IMG/VR virus record: IMGVR_UViG_2816332268_000002
Span: 1 to 64,000 of that record
Origin: a virus
Taxonomy: Duplodnaviria > Caudoviricetes
Strand: one strand, 5' to 3'
DNA length: 64,000 nt
The notes beneath the pieces are model-generated. The model was not told where the DNA came from and made no database searches. It was given only the letters and a program-made list of their open reading frames with translations. Of this stretch, positions 35,420 to 47,200 are shown in pieces. Made by a program: the position numbers and the translations under genes. Numbering within the stretch: position 1 is the stretch's first letter; the number at the start of each line of letters is the position of its first letter.

Positions 35420-38400
35420 ATGAACGGTCTGGGCGACATCGGTTACAACCTCATTCTGGATGACAGTGGTTTTCGCGTAACCGCGAGGGCCACGCATGCG
35501 CAGCTCCAGGCGCTCGAGCGCCAGTTCGCATCGACAGGGCAGGCAGTCGAGGCACTGCAGGGCAGTTTGTCGAAGGCGGGCGGCTCGTTCCACAGCTTCG
35601 TGGCAACCGTCGGCGCGGTGAAGTTCGCCATGCTCGACGTCCATGGGATCTTTCTCGCGCTTCCGGCCGGCATCATGGAGACGTCCGGCCAGATCGAGCG
35701 GCTGACGAAGGTGCTGGAGGGGCTGTCGACCGCCAGCACTGATGCGAAGCGCCAGCTCGACGCGCTGCGCGGTGTGGACTTCATTCTGGGCCTCGAGCAG
35801 CGCGTGCCGTTCAGCATGCAGTCGCTCACGGACATGTTCGTCAAGCTCAAGACGGTCGGCATCGACCCCGCGAAGGGCGCGGCCGAGGCGCTGACGAACG
35901 AAGTCGCGAAGTTCGGCGGCGGGTCGCTGCAATTGAAGGAAGCGTCGCTCGCTATCCAGCAGATGCTCGGCAAGGGCAGCGTGTCGCTGCAAGAGCTTCG
36001 CATGCAGCTGTCGCAGGCAGTCCCGAACGCGGCGCAGAAGATGGCCGACGCGATGGGCCTGTCGATGGATCAGCTCATCGGGAAGATCAAGAAGGGGTCG
36101 GTGGAAGCGTCGTCCGCCGTGGGCAAGATGCTCGCTGCCTTCAACCTGGATTCGCTGGGGGCCGGCGCCGCCCAGATGGAAACTTGGCTCGGCCTTCAGG
36201 AAAAGCTGGGCACGCAGTGGGAGTTGTGGAAGAAGTCCGTCGGCGATGCCGGGTTTTTCGATGCGGCGAAGAAGTCGCTGTCGGAAATGGTGGATGTCTT
36301 CCATACGTCCGAAGCAAAGCAGTGGGCGCACGACCTGAGCGATGGATTGGTCGGCGCGATCAAGGCCGGCAATTCGCTTGTCAGCACGGTTGTCGAATAC
36401 AAGGACCAGCTGAAGCTTGCCGCAGAGGCTGCCGCCGCTCTTGGTGCCGTAATGGCGACTAAGTGGGTGCTGGGCGGGGTTGCAGGCGCGGCTGGAAGCT
36501 TCGTCGGTTCGTTCCGGCAGTTCGCGACTGACTCACTCGCGACCGAGAATCTTGTCGCGCAAAAGCGCATTTCCCTGTCTGAGCAGATTCGGGCCGAGGA
36601 TGCGAAGCGTATCGCGATGATTCGGGAGGAGAGCGTCGCACGTCAGGAGGCGCTCGCCGCGGAAATCGCAGGCAACCAACGTCTCATCGTCGAAAATGAC
36701 AAGCGCTACGCAGCGATCGATGCGCGTCGCCAAGCCGAGATCGCGGGCGAGATCGCTGCCAACGAGCAGATTCTCGCGGCCAAGGTAACGTTGCTCGCTG
36801 AGCTCGAGGCGCGCGAGGTCGCGGCAACCGCATTCGTTGCGGCCGAGCAGGATAAGCGCCTTGCGATGTCGATGGCGTCCAATTCGGCGACGGCCGCGCA
36901 GTATGCGGCACAGGCAAAGTTCACTGAGGAAGTCGAGGGCCGGCTCGCGTCGATGCGCGCCGAGATTGCGCTTCTGACCGAAGAAGAGGCGCTGCTGCGT
37001 CAGCGCATCGCGACGCTCAACGCCGTGTCCGCGGCCGAGCGCGAAACCGCGATTGCCCAAGGGCAGCTCAACGCAGCGACGAGCGCAGAGAACGCGATCC
37101 TCGTCGAGAAGAACGCGATCCTCGCAGCGACCATTGCTGAAGAGCGTGTCGCGCTGACAGCGGTTCAGCAGATGACGACCGCGCAGGTTGCGTGGAAGGA
37201 GGCGACGCTCGGGCTGCAGTTCGCGTTCAACGCCCTCGGCGGCTGGCTCACGGTGCTGGCCGGCGCAATCATCGGCGGCATCGCGCTCTGGAACAGCTTC
37301 GCTGAAGCGGCCAAGCGTGCGGCAAACGCCGCGATCGACGCGGCCAACATCAAGCGCTCGATCGCGCAGGGTGCCGTTGCGCAGGGCGACCTGGACCGCC
37401 AGGACGGTCACATCACCGATCAGAAGAACAAGATCGCGGACCTGCAAAACCAGATCGCGATGGCACAGAAGGGGCGGCGCGTCGATTCGGGCTGGGAGGC
37501 CGCGGATCCGCAGCGCGTCCAACAGCTCAAGACGCAGCTTGCCCAAGAGCAGGCGGCGCTGAGCGAGCTCGTCAGCCAGCGCGCTGCCGCGAAGAAGGTT
37601 CTCGACGCGTCCGACCTCGACGCCAACACCTACAAGTATCAGACCGCATACCAGCGGGAGACGGACGCCAAGGTCGCGGCCATCGCGAAGTCGGGCCAGA
37701 ACGAAGTCTCGGCGATCAAGGACAAATACGACGCGATCAAGAAGGCGTCGGGCAAGGGGCTGTCCGAAGAGCAGCAGCAGGCGCAGGGCACCGAGGTTGC
37801 AGCGGCGATCAAGAAGGGCACTGAGGCGATCGCCAAGGCATATGAGGCGCGCGACGCCGAGCTGCGTCAGAGGATCAAATCGGTCACCGGGCCGGACGCC
37901 GAAATGCAGCGCGCAGCGCTGCAGAAGGAGCTTGAGCGCGTTCGCCAGGAGGGCGAGAACCAGCGTTCCACGTTCGTAGCGGCGATGAACTCGCCGAACG
38001 TATGGCTCGAAGCGAACAAGAAGAAGGGTGGCGCAGCCCGGCCACCCACCGACAAGCTCGCGAACCGGCTGGGCGACTTGAACGTCCAGATCGCAGACGC
38101 CAAGGCAAAGCTCGCGCAGGTCGTCGAGGGTGCCACCGAGTATGACCAGCTCCGCGCCCAGGCGCAGGAGAAGGTGTCGGCAATGATCGACGCCGGCCAA
38201 CTGAACTTCGTCACGCACGGCAAGGGCGGCACGAGCACGAAGGCCGACATCAACAGCGAAATGGCCCAGAAGCTCGTCGACCAGATGACGCTGCTGGAGA
38301 TCCTGAAGAATGGCCGGCAGCAGATGCAGCAGCTCAACGCACGGATCGCGCCGCTGAAGGCCGAATACGCGCAAGGCATGGATCAGATTGCGCAGGGCGA

Positions 38401-39826
38401 TTTCACGACGCCGACCGGGAAGAATGACAACTCGATGCTGTCGTTCCTCGAGAAGCTGTCGACGCGATCGCTGGAAGCCGCGAAGGATCTCGCACCCCTA
38501 ATCGACAAGATGAAGGAGGCGCAGCGGGTGGCCGATCAGGTCGACCTGATGAACTTTACCCGCAATGTCGGCAAGCAGATGCAAACCGACCAGCTGTCGT
38601 TGATCGACGGGCGCGCTGAGAAGCTCCAGGCGCAATGGGCAATCGAAGACGCGGCATGGCGACGCGAGGCAGCAGACCGCCTGAACAAGGTGGCGAAGCA
38701 GGGGCAGGACGTATCCGAAGAGCAGTCGATCATTGACGCGGCCGATTTGGTGCGGGCCAAGAAACACGCTAGGGATCTCGAGACGCCGATGCAGCAACTC
38801 GTGACCAAGTGGCAGCAGGCTACCGACACGATGCAGCAGGCGTCGATGAACTGGTCGAACAATACGATCGACGCGTTCGTCAATGCCGCCAAGACGGGTC
38901 GGTTCGAGTGGCAAAACTTGATGGAGGGCATCGTCGCCGACACCCTGAAGGCGTCGCTCCAGAAGAAGATCGGCTCGTCCCTTCAGGTCGGCTATGACTG
39001 GCTGGCGAACGGCATCGGCAAGCTGCTGGGCGGCAACGCTACGCCGGCGCCAATTACGACCCAGGGTTCGGCGGGCGCTGGTCTGGGCATGGCTGGCGGA
39101 CTCGAGCTGCAAACAAGCGTGTCGACCCTGGCCCGCGGCTTCACCAATCTCGCGATGAGCTCGGACAAGTGGGGCTTCTCACTCGCCGATAACGTGAAGG
39201 GCATGTTGACCGGGCAGACCGCACAGGTTACCGCCAACAACTCTTTGATGACGTTGGCGAACGCCGCCCAAATCGCATCGTCTGCGCTCGCGCAGATGGC
39301 GGGCGGTAGCGCCGGAGGAGGCGGGCTAGGCGGACTGTTCGGGGCGTTGGGGTCCGTGTTCGGTCTGGGCAGTTCGTCCGGCGCGTCGTCTGCCGCGGCC
39401 GGCTCCGCGAGCAGCTGGGGCGTGGGATCGAACAGCTTCGGCTTCACCATGCCCGCGTTCGCGAACGGCGGCGTGATGACGCAGTTCGGCGTGATGAACC
39501 TCCGGAAGTATGCGAATGGCGGTATCGCGAACTCACCACAGATGGCGATCTACGGGGAGGGCAGCTCTCCGGAAGCGTTCGTCCCGCTGCCTGATGGCCG
39601 CTCTATTCCTGTGACGATGCGCATTGCCGCGCAACAGCAGAGCGGGGGGCAAGGCGCTGGTGCCTCCCCGGTGACCGTCAACGTCATCAACCAGACGGGT
39701 CAGCAGGTGCAGGCGCAGCAGGGCAATACGCGCTTCGACGGCAAGCAGATGATTCTCGACGTAGTGCTGTCCGCAGCGACGACGCCGGGCGGGTTCCGTG
39801 ACCAGATGCGAGGAGCAATGAAGTGA
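35420..39826 (+). CDS. Tape measure protein
   Basis: 1468 aa, Ala-rich helical; N-terminal tape-measure domain; C-terminal FANGG...GEGS.PEA.VPL. Confidence 0.93.
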   Translation: MNGLGDIGYNLILDDSGFRVTARATHAQLQALERQFASTGQAVEALQGSLSKAGGSFHSFVATVGAVKFAMLDVHGIFLALPAGIMETSGQIERLTKVLEGLSTASTDAKRQLDALRGVDFILGLEQRVPFSMQSLTDMFVKLKTVGIDPAKGAAEALTNEVAKFGGGSLQLKEASLAIQQMLGKGSVSLQELRMQLSQAVPNAAQKMADAMGLSMDQLIGKIKKGSVEASSAVGKMLAAFNLDSLGAGAAQMETWLGLQEKLGTQWELWKKSVGDAGFFDAAKKSLSEMVDVFHTSEAKQWAHDLSDGLVGAIKAGNSLVSTVVEYKDQLKLAAEAAAALGAVMATKWVLGGVAGAAGSFVGSFRQFATDSLATENLVAQKRISLSEQIRAEDAKRIAMIREESVARQEALAAEIAGNQRLIVENDKRYAAIDARRQAEIAGEIAANEQILAAKVTLLAELEAREVAATAFVAAEQDKRLAMSMASNSATAAQYAAQAKFTEEVEGRLASMRAEIALLTEEEALLRQRIATLNAVSAAERETAIAQGQLNAATSAENAILVEKNAILAATIAEERVALTAVQQMTTAQVAWKEATLGLQFAFNALGGWLTVLAGAIIGGIALWNSFAEAAKRAANAAIDAANIKRSIAQGAVAQGDLDRQDGHITDQKNKIADLQNQIAMAQKGRRVDSGWEAADPQRVQQLKTQLAQEQAALSELVSQRAAAKKVLDASDLDANTYKYQTAYQRETDAKVAAIAKSGQNEVSAIKDKYDAIKKASGKGLSEEQQQAQGTEVAAAIKKGTEAIAKAYEARDAELRQRIKSVTGPDAEMQRAALQKELERVRQEGENQRSTFVAAMNSPNVWLEANKKKGGAARPPTDKLANRLGDLNVQIADAKAKLAQVVEGATEYDQLRAQAQEKVSAMIDAGQLNFVTHGKGGTSTKADINSEMAQKLVDQMTLLEILKNGRQQMQQLNARIAPLKAEYAQGMDQIAQGDFTTPTGKNDNSMLSFLEKLSTRSLEAAKDLAPLIDKMKEAQRVADQVDLMNFTRNVGKQMQTDQLSLIDGRAEKLQAQWAIEDAAWRREAADRLNKVAKQGQDVSEEQSIIDAADLVRAKKHARDLETPMQQLVTKWQQATDTMQQASMNWSNNTIDAFVNAAKTGRFEWQNLMEGIVADTLKASLQKKIGSSLQVGYDWLANGIGKLLGGNATPAPITTQGSAGAGLGMAGGLELQTSVSTLARGFTNLAMSSDKWGFSLADNVKGMLTGQTAQVTANNSLMTLANAAQIASSALAQMAGGSAGGGGLGGLFGALGSVFGLGSSSGASSAAAGSASSWGVGSNSFGFTMPAFANGGVMTQFGVMNLRKYANGGIANSPQMAIYGEGSSPEAFVPLPDGRSIPVTMRIAAQQQSGGQGAGASPVTVNVINQTGQQVQAQQGNTRFDGKQMILDVVLSAATTPGGFRDQMRGAMK

Positions 39827-40188
39827 CCTACACGACCATGCCGTTCTGCGACCAGCAGGACTCTTCCAAGTTTCAGCAGGCCAAGGAGAACCCGGCGATC
39901 GGTTCGAAGATGGACGGGGGCTACGTGGTGACGCGCCCCCGTCACACCCGCCGGCCGCGCCGCAAGTTTTCGACCGGCTTCACCAACATGAGCCAGGCAG
40001 ACAGGGACGCGTTCGACGTGTTCTTCGACTCCGTGCATGGCGGGTCGGTGATTTTTACGTATATCCACCCCACGACGAAGGAGCAGATTCTGGTGCGGTT
40101 TACGGCAGATACGGAACTCAGCTGGAAGTATTCGGGCGTCGGCAAGAACTTTCGTTGGGACGTGGACTTCAAGCTCGAGGAGGCTTAA
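39823..40188 (+). CDS. Distal tail protein (gpM/Dit-like)
   Basis: Follows TMP; GTGA coupling. Confidence 0.7.
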   Translation: MTYTTMPFCDQQDSSKFQQAKENPAIGSKMDGGYVVTRPRHTRRPRRKFSTGFTNMSQADRDAFDVFFDSVHGGSVIFTYIHPTTKEQILVRFTADTELSWKYSGVGKNFRWDVDFKLEEA

Positions 40189-40823
40189 TGGGAAACCGTC
40201 TTTCTGTCGCCAGCGTCATTGAGAAGAACAAGCTCGGCAGCGACGTTCCGTATCTGGCATTTCTTGAGATCGGCGTGCTGGACCGCACGACGGGCTCGAT
40301 CCTCGAGACGCTCCGTTTCGTGAACAACACCGAGGACATCAAGCGCAACGGTGCTACTTACACCGCGGCACAGTTCTCGCTTGAGCTCAAGGCGGAAACC
40401 GGCACGCAGCCACAGATCATGCTGTCGGTCCTGGACTACGCGCGTGTGCTCCTGCAGAAGATGCAGGACAACAGCGGTGGGACTGGATTCCCGGTGACCG
40501 TGATCGTGTGCTCGGCTGACAACCTGAACGGCACGCCGGAGGTGCAGGAGTATTTCGAAGTCGTCAACGCGACCGCGACCAACTACACGGTGTCGTGGAC
40601 TCTCGGTGCGGAGAACGGCCTGCAGAAGATGTTCCCGAAGCGGATCCAGCGGCGCGACTTCTGCCAGTGGATCTATCGCGACGGGAGCACCTGCCGCTAC
40701 AACGGCCCGATGCAGGTATGCGATCGAACGATGGAGGGAACGCTCGGCTGCCGAGCTCACGGCAATGTGATCAACTTCGGCGGATACCCGAACCTGGTTT
40801 CCTCGAATTCTGTTACCCGGTAG
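40188..40823 (+). CDS. Minor tail protein L-like
   Basis: C-terminal CQWIYR..CRY...CDRT...C...NFGGYP Cys cluster. Confidence 0.85.
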   Translation: MGNRLSVASVIEKNKLGSDVPYLAFLEIGVLDRTTGSILETLRFVNNTEDIKRNGATYTAAQFSLELKAETGTQPQIMLSVLDYARVLLQKMQDNSGGTGFPVTVIVCSADNLNGTPEVQEYFEVVNATATNYTVSWTLGAENGLQKMFPKRIQRRDFCQWIYRDGSTCRYNGPMQVCDRTMEGTLGCRAHGNVINFGGYPNLVSSNSVTR

Positions 40824-40825
40824 AA

Positions 40826-40843
40826 TAAGTCACTTATGACTTA
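40826..40843. promoter_or_regulatory. Operator overlapping NlpC start codon
   Basis: TAAGTCA-CTTA-TGACTTA. Confidence 0.8.
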
Positions 40844-41222
40844 TATTGACCTTCTCGGCGCCCCGTTTGAACTCGGTGGCCGCGGGCCTGATTCGTTTGA
40901 CTGCTACGGGCTCGTCATGCACCTCACGGAACAGGCGACCGGTAAGCGCCCGCCGGATTACGGGGTGTCAGGGGATGCAGCGCGTATCGGGGCAATGATG
41001 GCCTGCGCCCGTGTTTTCTGGAAAAAGCTCGACGGGCCGAAGCCTGGCTGCTGCGTGCTTTTCCGGATGGGGCGCCACATCAACCACTGCGGCTACGTCA
41101 TCGACGCAAACCGCTTTATCCACGCTTGGGACAAGACCGGCGGCGTGACGATTGAGCGGCTTTCGGATTGGGAAAAGAGCAAGAGGGTTTTCGGGTTCTA
41201 TGAGTATCAGCATGCAGAGTAG
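40836..41222 (+). CDS. NlpC/P60 tail assembly protein (gpK-like)
   Basis: GGRGPDSFDCYGL...HCG...FIHA. Confidence 0.88.
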   Translation: MTYIDLLGAPFELGGRGPDSFDCYGLVMHLTEQATGKRPPDYGVSGDAARIGAMMACARVFWKKLDGPKPGCCVLFRMGRHINHCGYVIDANRFIHAWDKTGGVTIERLSDWEKSKRVFGFYEYQHAE

Positions 41223-44200
41223 CGAACTGGCGCAGGTCATCAACGTCCGGCGTATCGTCAACCCACTGGATCCACTCTACGAGATCGAGACGGAGCATTG
41301 GGCTTACCGGCCGGGTGCCACGCTTGCCGACTATTTGCCTCTGGTGCTGGTGGAAGAAGTAGTGGTGTCGCGCAACGGCGGCATCGTGGAGAGCAAGGAT
41401 TTCGGGCTGGTATTCCCGCAGCCGGACGACTTCATCGTGCTCTGCCCGATCCCGCGCGGTGGCGGCGGCTTCAAGGGCATCTTTCGCATGATTGCGATGG
41501 TTGCCGTCGCGATCGTCGCGCCCGAGTTGGCGGGCGCGCTTGTGTCGCTCGGCGGCATTGGCCTGGCAGCAGCAGTCGGCTCGGCCGGTTTAACCGCGAT
41601 CACCGCGGCAGTGACGGTTGGCATCGCGGTCGCTGGCTCGCTGTTGATCAACGCGATTATGCCGCCTCCCACGCCGACGAACAGCTCGAACAACAGTCTG
41701 TCTTCGAGCTCGACATACGGTGCCGATGGAGCAAAAAACACCAGCGCCGAGGGACTGCCGGTGCCGGTTTGCTATGGTGCGTTCCAGATGGCAGGCAACA
41801 TCATCGGCGCCTACACCGAGAACGTCGACAACAGCCAGATCCTCTACATGCTGATCAACGCCGGGGAAGGCCCGATCGCGTCGATCTCGAATATTCGCCT
41901 CAACGATCGGGACATCAGCGAGTTCAAGGAAGTCGCGGTGCAGACGCGTATGGGCGATCCGACCCAAGGAGTGATCGACTGGTTCTCCAAGGTCATCGTC
42001 CCGCACAGCAAGAGCCAGATTCTCCCGCACGATAGCAGCTACCTGCAGTTTTCCACGTCCGATTCGGTCGAACAGGTTCGCCTGGACTTCACGTTCCCCG
42101 CCGGCTTGTTTGCGCTCGATCGCAATTCGGGCGACATGCAGACCAACACCTGCGTCATTGAGGCAGATTATCGCCTCGTGGGTGCAACTGATTGGACGCC
42201 CTTCAGCGCGACCCAACCGTCCTACAAGAACGTCAAGATCCGACCGAAGATCTACCGAGGCGGCTTCCTCGGTAACGATTACCCCAGCGACCCCAGCGAC
42301 AAGATCACCGATTTCGCGATCGTGTATTCGGACACGAATACCGATGTCGATAGTTCGCTCGTCGCTGCGCTGAAAAACCAATACTGGAACTACGTCGGAC
42401 GTCCATACTCGACATGGCTGAGCGCCTTCGGCGGAATGTGGATCTCGACGTCGATCTCGATTCCCGGACGCGGCGGCGCGTTGATCGTGACGGAGAAGAT
42501 GCGTTCAACGGTGCGCCGATCCTACTTCACGCCGCAGCTGCCGCTCGGGAAGTATGAGGTTCGCGTTCGGCGCAACGAGAACTACACCGACTGGACCAGC
42601 GGCAACCCGCGCGTTATCCGCGGCCAGCCTATCACTGGTGACACGTCGCAATCCGAGTGCTATATCACGGACCTGAACGAGATCGTCTACGAGGGTGTCG
42701 CCTATAACCACACGGCGCTCGTGGCTCTGCGCGTTCAGATGGACAGTCAGCTGTCGGGCATCCCGTCGGTCACGTTCACGAACGGTGGTCGGCTTATCAC
42801 GACGATGACGCGCGACAAGGGTGTCATCCAGACGGCACAGTCGGCAAGCGCGAACCCGGCCTGGGTCTACTACGACATGGCGACGAACGGTCGCTATGGT
42901 CCGGGCTTCAGCCCGGATCGACTAGACATGGACTCGCTGTTCGAGTGGGCTGAGTTCTGCGACTCCAATGGCCTGACGTTCAACGCGGTTCTCGACCAGA
43001 CGATGAACTTCTGGGATGCGTCCGCGTATGTGCTGCGCGTTGGTCACGCTCAGGTCATCACGGTCGGCACGCGCTACTACATCGCGATCGAGCGCGCATC
43101 CGATCCCGTGATGATGTTCGGTATGGGCAACATCATGCAGGACACCTTCAAGCAGACGTGGCTGGGCACGGTCGATCGCGCGACCGAAGTCGATGTGACC
43201 TACTTCGACCGGACGGACGGCTACAGGGAAAAGACCGTCAAGGTCACCAACCCGGATTCAGTGCTTGAAGGGCAAAAGCAGAACGCGAGCGCGATCACGC
43301 TGTATGGCGTGGTCGACATCAAGCGCGCCTACATGGAGGGCGCCTTCCAGCTCAACCTGAATCGCTACCTGCAACTGACGTGCGAGTGGCAGTCCCCGGT
43401 CGAGTCCATCGCGTGTGCGCCGGGCGACGTGGTGCTGGTGCAGCACGACATGCCCGCATGGAGCGAGTCGGGTCGCACGGCCGCTGGCTCGAGCAACAGC
43501 GTCATTAAGCTCGACAAGCTCGTCACGATGGAGGCTGGCGGCCGCTATCGCCTGCTGGTTCTGAGCAACACGGTCACGCGCGGGACGTCGGTAATTCAGG
43601 CGATCACCGGGACTTTTGTGCAGGTCGCCAACGGCACGCCGTCGGGACGGCTGATGCGCCTGACGAACGGGGCGGGCGCCGACGTCGGCATCACCAACGT
43701 GCTGCCGGATGGAGTCTATGTCGAATCCACCGCTGGGCTCTCGGTCGGCCAGCCGGTCACCTTCATCGACACCGATGTCGTGGAGGAGCATGACGTCGTC
43801 CTGGCGCCGGGGCAAACCGACACCGTCCAGCTGGTGTCGCCGATGTCGTATGCGCCGGGTCCGTTCATCAACTATATGTTCGGGAAGACGGAGAAGGTCA
43901 AGAAGCCGTTCCGCATCAAGGGTGTGACGCTTGGATCGTCCGATTTCCATCGGACGATCACGGCAATCGAGTATCGGCCGGAAGTCTACGACCTGTCCCA
44001 ATACGAAGAGGTCTACGGCTCGCTCGAGGTGCCGTCTATCGATCCGTCGCAAGGCGTGATCAGTGCCGTCCAGAACCTCACGATCTACGAGGAGACGTTC
44101 GTCTCCGGCACGCAGATCCTTACGAACGTGCGGGCCGCATGGGCGAACCCGGTGGTTGGGGCGTATGCGGGCGCTGACATTCACCTGTCGATCAATGGGG

Positions 44201-47200
44201 CGACGCCGGTGCTCGCTGACACGGTCCGCGGGGATACGAGCTATCTCGTCAAAGGGCTGAACAAGGGTGACACGGTGACCGTGCGCGCGGTTGCGTATGA
44301 CATCTGGGGCAAGCGCGCGAGCTACGATCAATCGCCCACGGTGACCTACAAGGTGGTCGGCTCCGTCTCGAACCTAGCGGTCGCCGATGTAACCGGCGTG
44401 AACTTCATCTGGGCCGGCAAGGATCTGAAGCTGTTCTGGAACTACAACTCGACCACGCAGTCGTTCGAGTTTGGCTCCGAGCCGAACGGCGCGGACAGCG
44501 GTTCGCTGGACCCGCACTTCCTCGACTACGAGGTGCGCGTCTACGACCACAGCCACAAACTTCTGCGCGTCGAGCACACACGCGACAACAACTACATCTA
44601 CACCTACGAGAAGAACGTCGCCGACGGCACGCATCGCCGCGTGACCGTCGAAATCGCCGTGCGCGACGTCTTCAACAATGTCGGCCGGCCCGCCGTCATG
44701 GACGCCTATAACCCGCCCCCGACGGTGGTATCTGCGAACCAGAGCGCCGACTACGATCGCGTGACGATCTCCTACACGCACTCGGACGATACGGACTTCG
44801 CTGGCGCGGCGATCTATCTGAGTGATGATCCGAACTTTGTCGCGGACTCGACAACCCTGGTTTACCAAGGCCCGGACAGCTCTGTGCTGCTGCCGAACCT
44901 GATGTTCAACCACGACTACTACTACGTGCTCGTGCCGTTTGATGCGTTCGGAATGGACGAGACGATTCCGACGCCGAAGTTCAAGTTCCACACGCCGTTC
45001 ATGGACGTTAATGCGATTGCGGACGGTGTGCTGAATGGATCGAAGCTCATCCCCGAACTTCAACAGCGGATTGACCTCGTTGACGGGAACGGCCTCGGCT
45101 CGGTGAACCAGCGTGTGCAGGAGGCGATCGACACCGCGAACAAGGCGATCGCGGCGGCGAGCGCTACATCTGCGGCAGCGACTAAGGACGCGCTCGATGC
45201 GGAGGCGGCAGCCCGCAAGGTCGCAGAGGGCGCACTCACCGCGGCCATCACGACCGAGCAGCAGACGCGCCAAGCGGCTGACGATTCGCTCTCGAGCCAG
45301 GTCCAGTCGGTGACGGCGCGGGTCGATCAGAACGCGGCGGCCATCCAGACCGAACAGACTGCCCGTGCGAACGCTGACAGCTCCTTGTCGACCCGAATCG
45401 ATACCGTTGTCGCCACGACGAGCAACAACACTGCGGCCATTACCAGTGAGCAGAAAGCGCGCACCGATGCAGACTCGTCGCTGTCGACCCGAATCGACAC
45501 CGTGACTGCATCGGTTGCGAGCGCCAACGCCGCAATCGTGAACGAACAGACCGCGCGCGCAAACGCCGACAGTGCAAACGCGTCGAGCATCAGCTCAGTG
45601 CAAGCGCAGCTGGGCAACGCGCTCCTGTTCCGTGTCTCGAGCAACGGTGCATCGGCAGTGGGTGCCGCCGCCACGGGCCTTTACAACGCCGTGTCGGGCG
45701 TGAAGCTGCAGGGTGGTGCACGCAGCTACAACGTTGCGACGGTCGACGCAACCGGCGCCGTGACAGCGCGCGGATCATTCGACGTTTTCAGCAGCACGGC
45801 GGCGCGCGACAATCTGGTGACGCTGTTGAACGGCTTGCCGAACACGGTGACGGTGGTTGTGTGGACGTTCGACGAGCCACAAGGGAACCTCGCCGGCGCG
45901 CTTCAGAATGCGCTGGTGCGCTGCGGCGCGACCAATGCAGTTCTGTCGCAGGTTAAATATCGATCCGCCTACATTCTCGTAGGCGTGCCAGGCAGCAACG
46001 AGGGTTCTGGCACCGAGCTATACGCCGGCGCGGTCGACAGCGACACGAAGGCGTTCCTGACATACACCTTCCAGGTGCTCAACGGGAGGCCCGTGGCAAC
46101 GGCCGGCGGCCAGCTCCCGATGGTGATCCAGGCGAGTGTGACATCCGAGACGAATGCGCGCGTGGCGGCCGATGGCGCGCTGGGGTCGCGAATCGACGCG
46201 GTTGTGGCAAGTGCGGCCGGCAACACCGCGGCCATCACGACCGAACAGACCGCCCGTGCGAGCGCCGACTCCGCATTATCGACCCGCATAGACACGCTGT
46301 CGTCGACGGTAGGCAGCAACACAGCCGCGATCACGACCGAGCAGAAGACGCGCTCGGACGCTGATAGCGCGCTGTCGAGCCGAATCGACACACTCGCGAG
46401 CTCTGTGAGCTCGAACACCGCAGCGATTACGACCGAGCAGACGGCACGCGCGAACGGGGATAGTGCGAACGCGGCGTCGATCACGAACCTGACGACGACG
46501 GTCAACGGCCACACGACCACGATTCAGCAGCAGGCAAGCTCGATCAACGGCTTGAATGCGCAATACACCGTCAAGATCGACAACAACGGGTATGTGGCGG
46601 GCTTCGGCCTCGCGTCGACGACGGTAAACGGTGTGCCGACGAGTGAGTTCGCTGTCCGCACCGATACCTTCTCCGTGAACCTGCCGGGCTACGCGGGCGT
46701 GCATCCGTTCACGATCGGTGCAGTCTACGGTCAGCCGAAGGTGATCATCAGCAGTGCGCTGATTGGTGATGCGTCGATCGACAACGCGAAAATCGGCGAC
46801 TTGCAGGTGAACACTGCAAAGATTGCGGACGGCTCGATCAACAGCGCCAAGATCGGTTACGCTGCGATTCAGTCAGCACACATTGGCGAGGCGCAGATCG
46901 ACACCTTGCGGATCGGCCAGAACGCCGTGACGACCGGTGTGTATTGGGAAACAACAAGTGGATCCAACTACGGATCGGGCTTCACCTATCGGTCAACGGG
47001 CAATCCAGTGTTGTTTATCTTTGCTGGTTTGTCGACAAGCGCCTTTGGTGGCGTTCTCAGCGTCGACGGTAAGCAGCTTGGTGCATACATTGGCGGGCGA
47101 ACAAACCAACAAAACAATGTCGCCATGGGCCTCCCTCTGCCGACCTATGGATGCTGTTCGGCCAATCTTGCACCCGGCGATCACTCCGTGTCGATTACCG

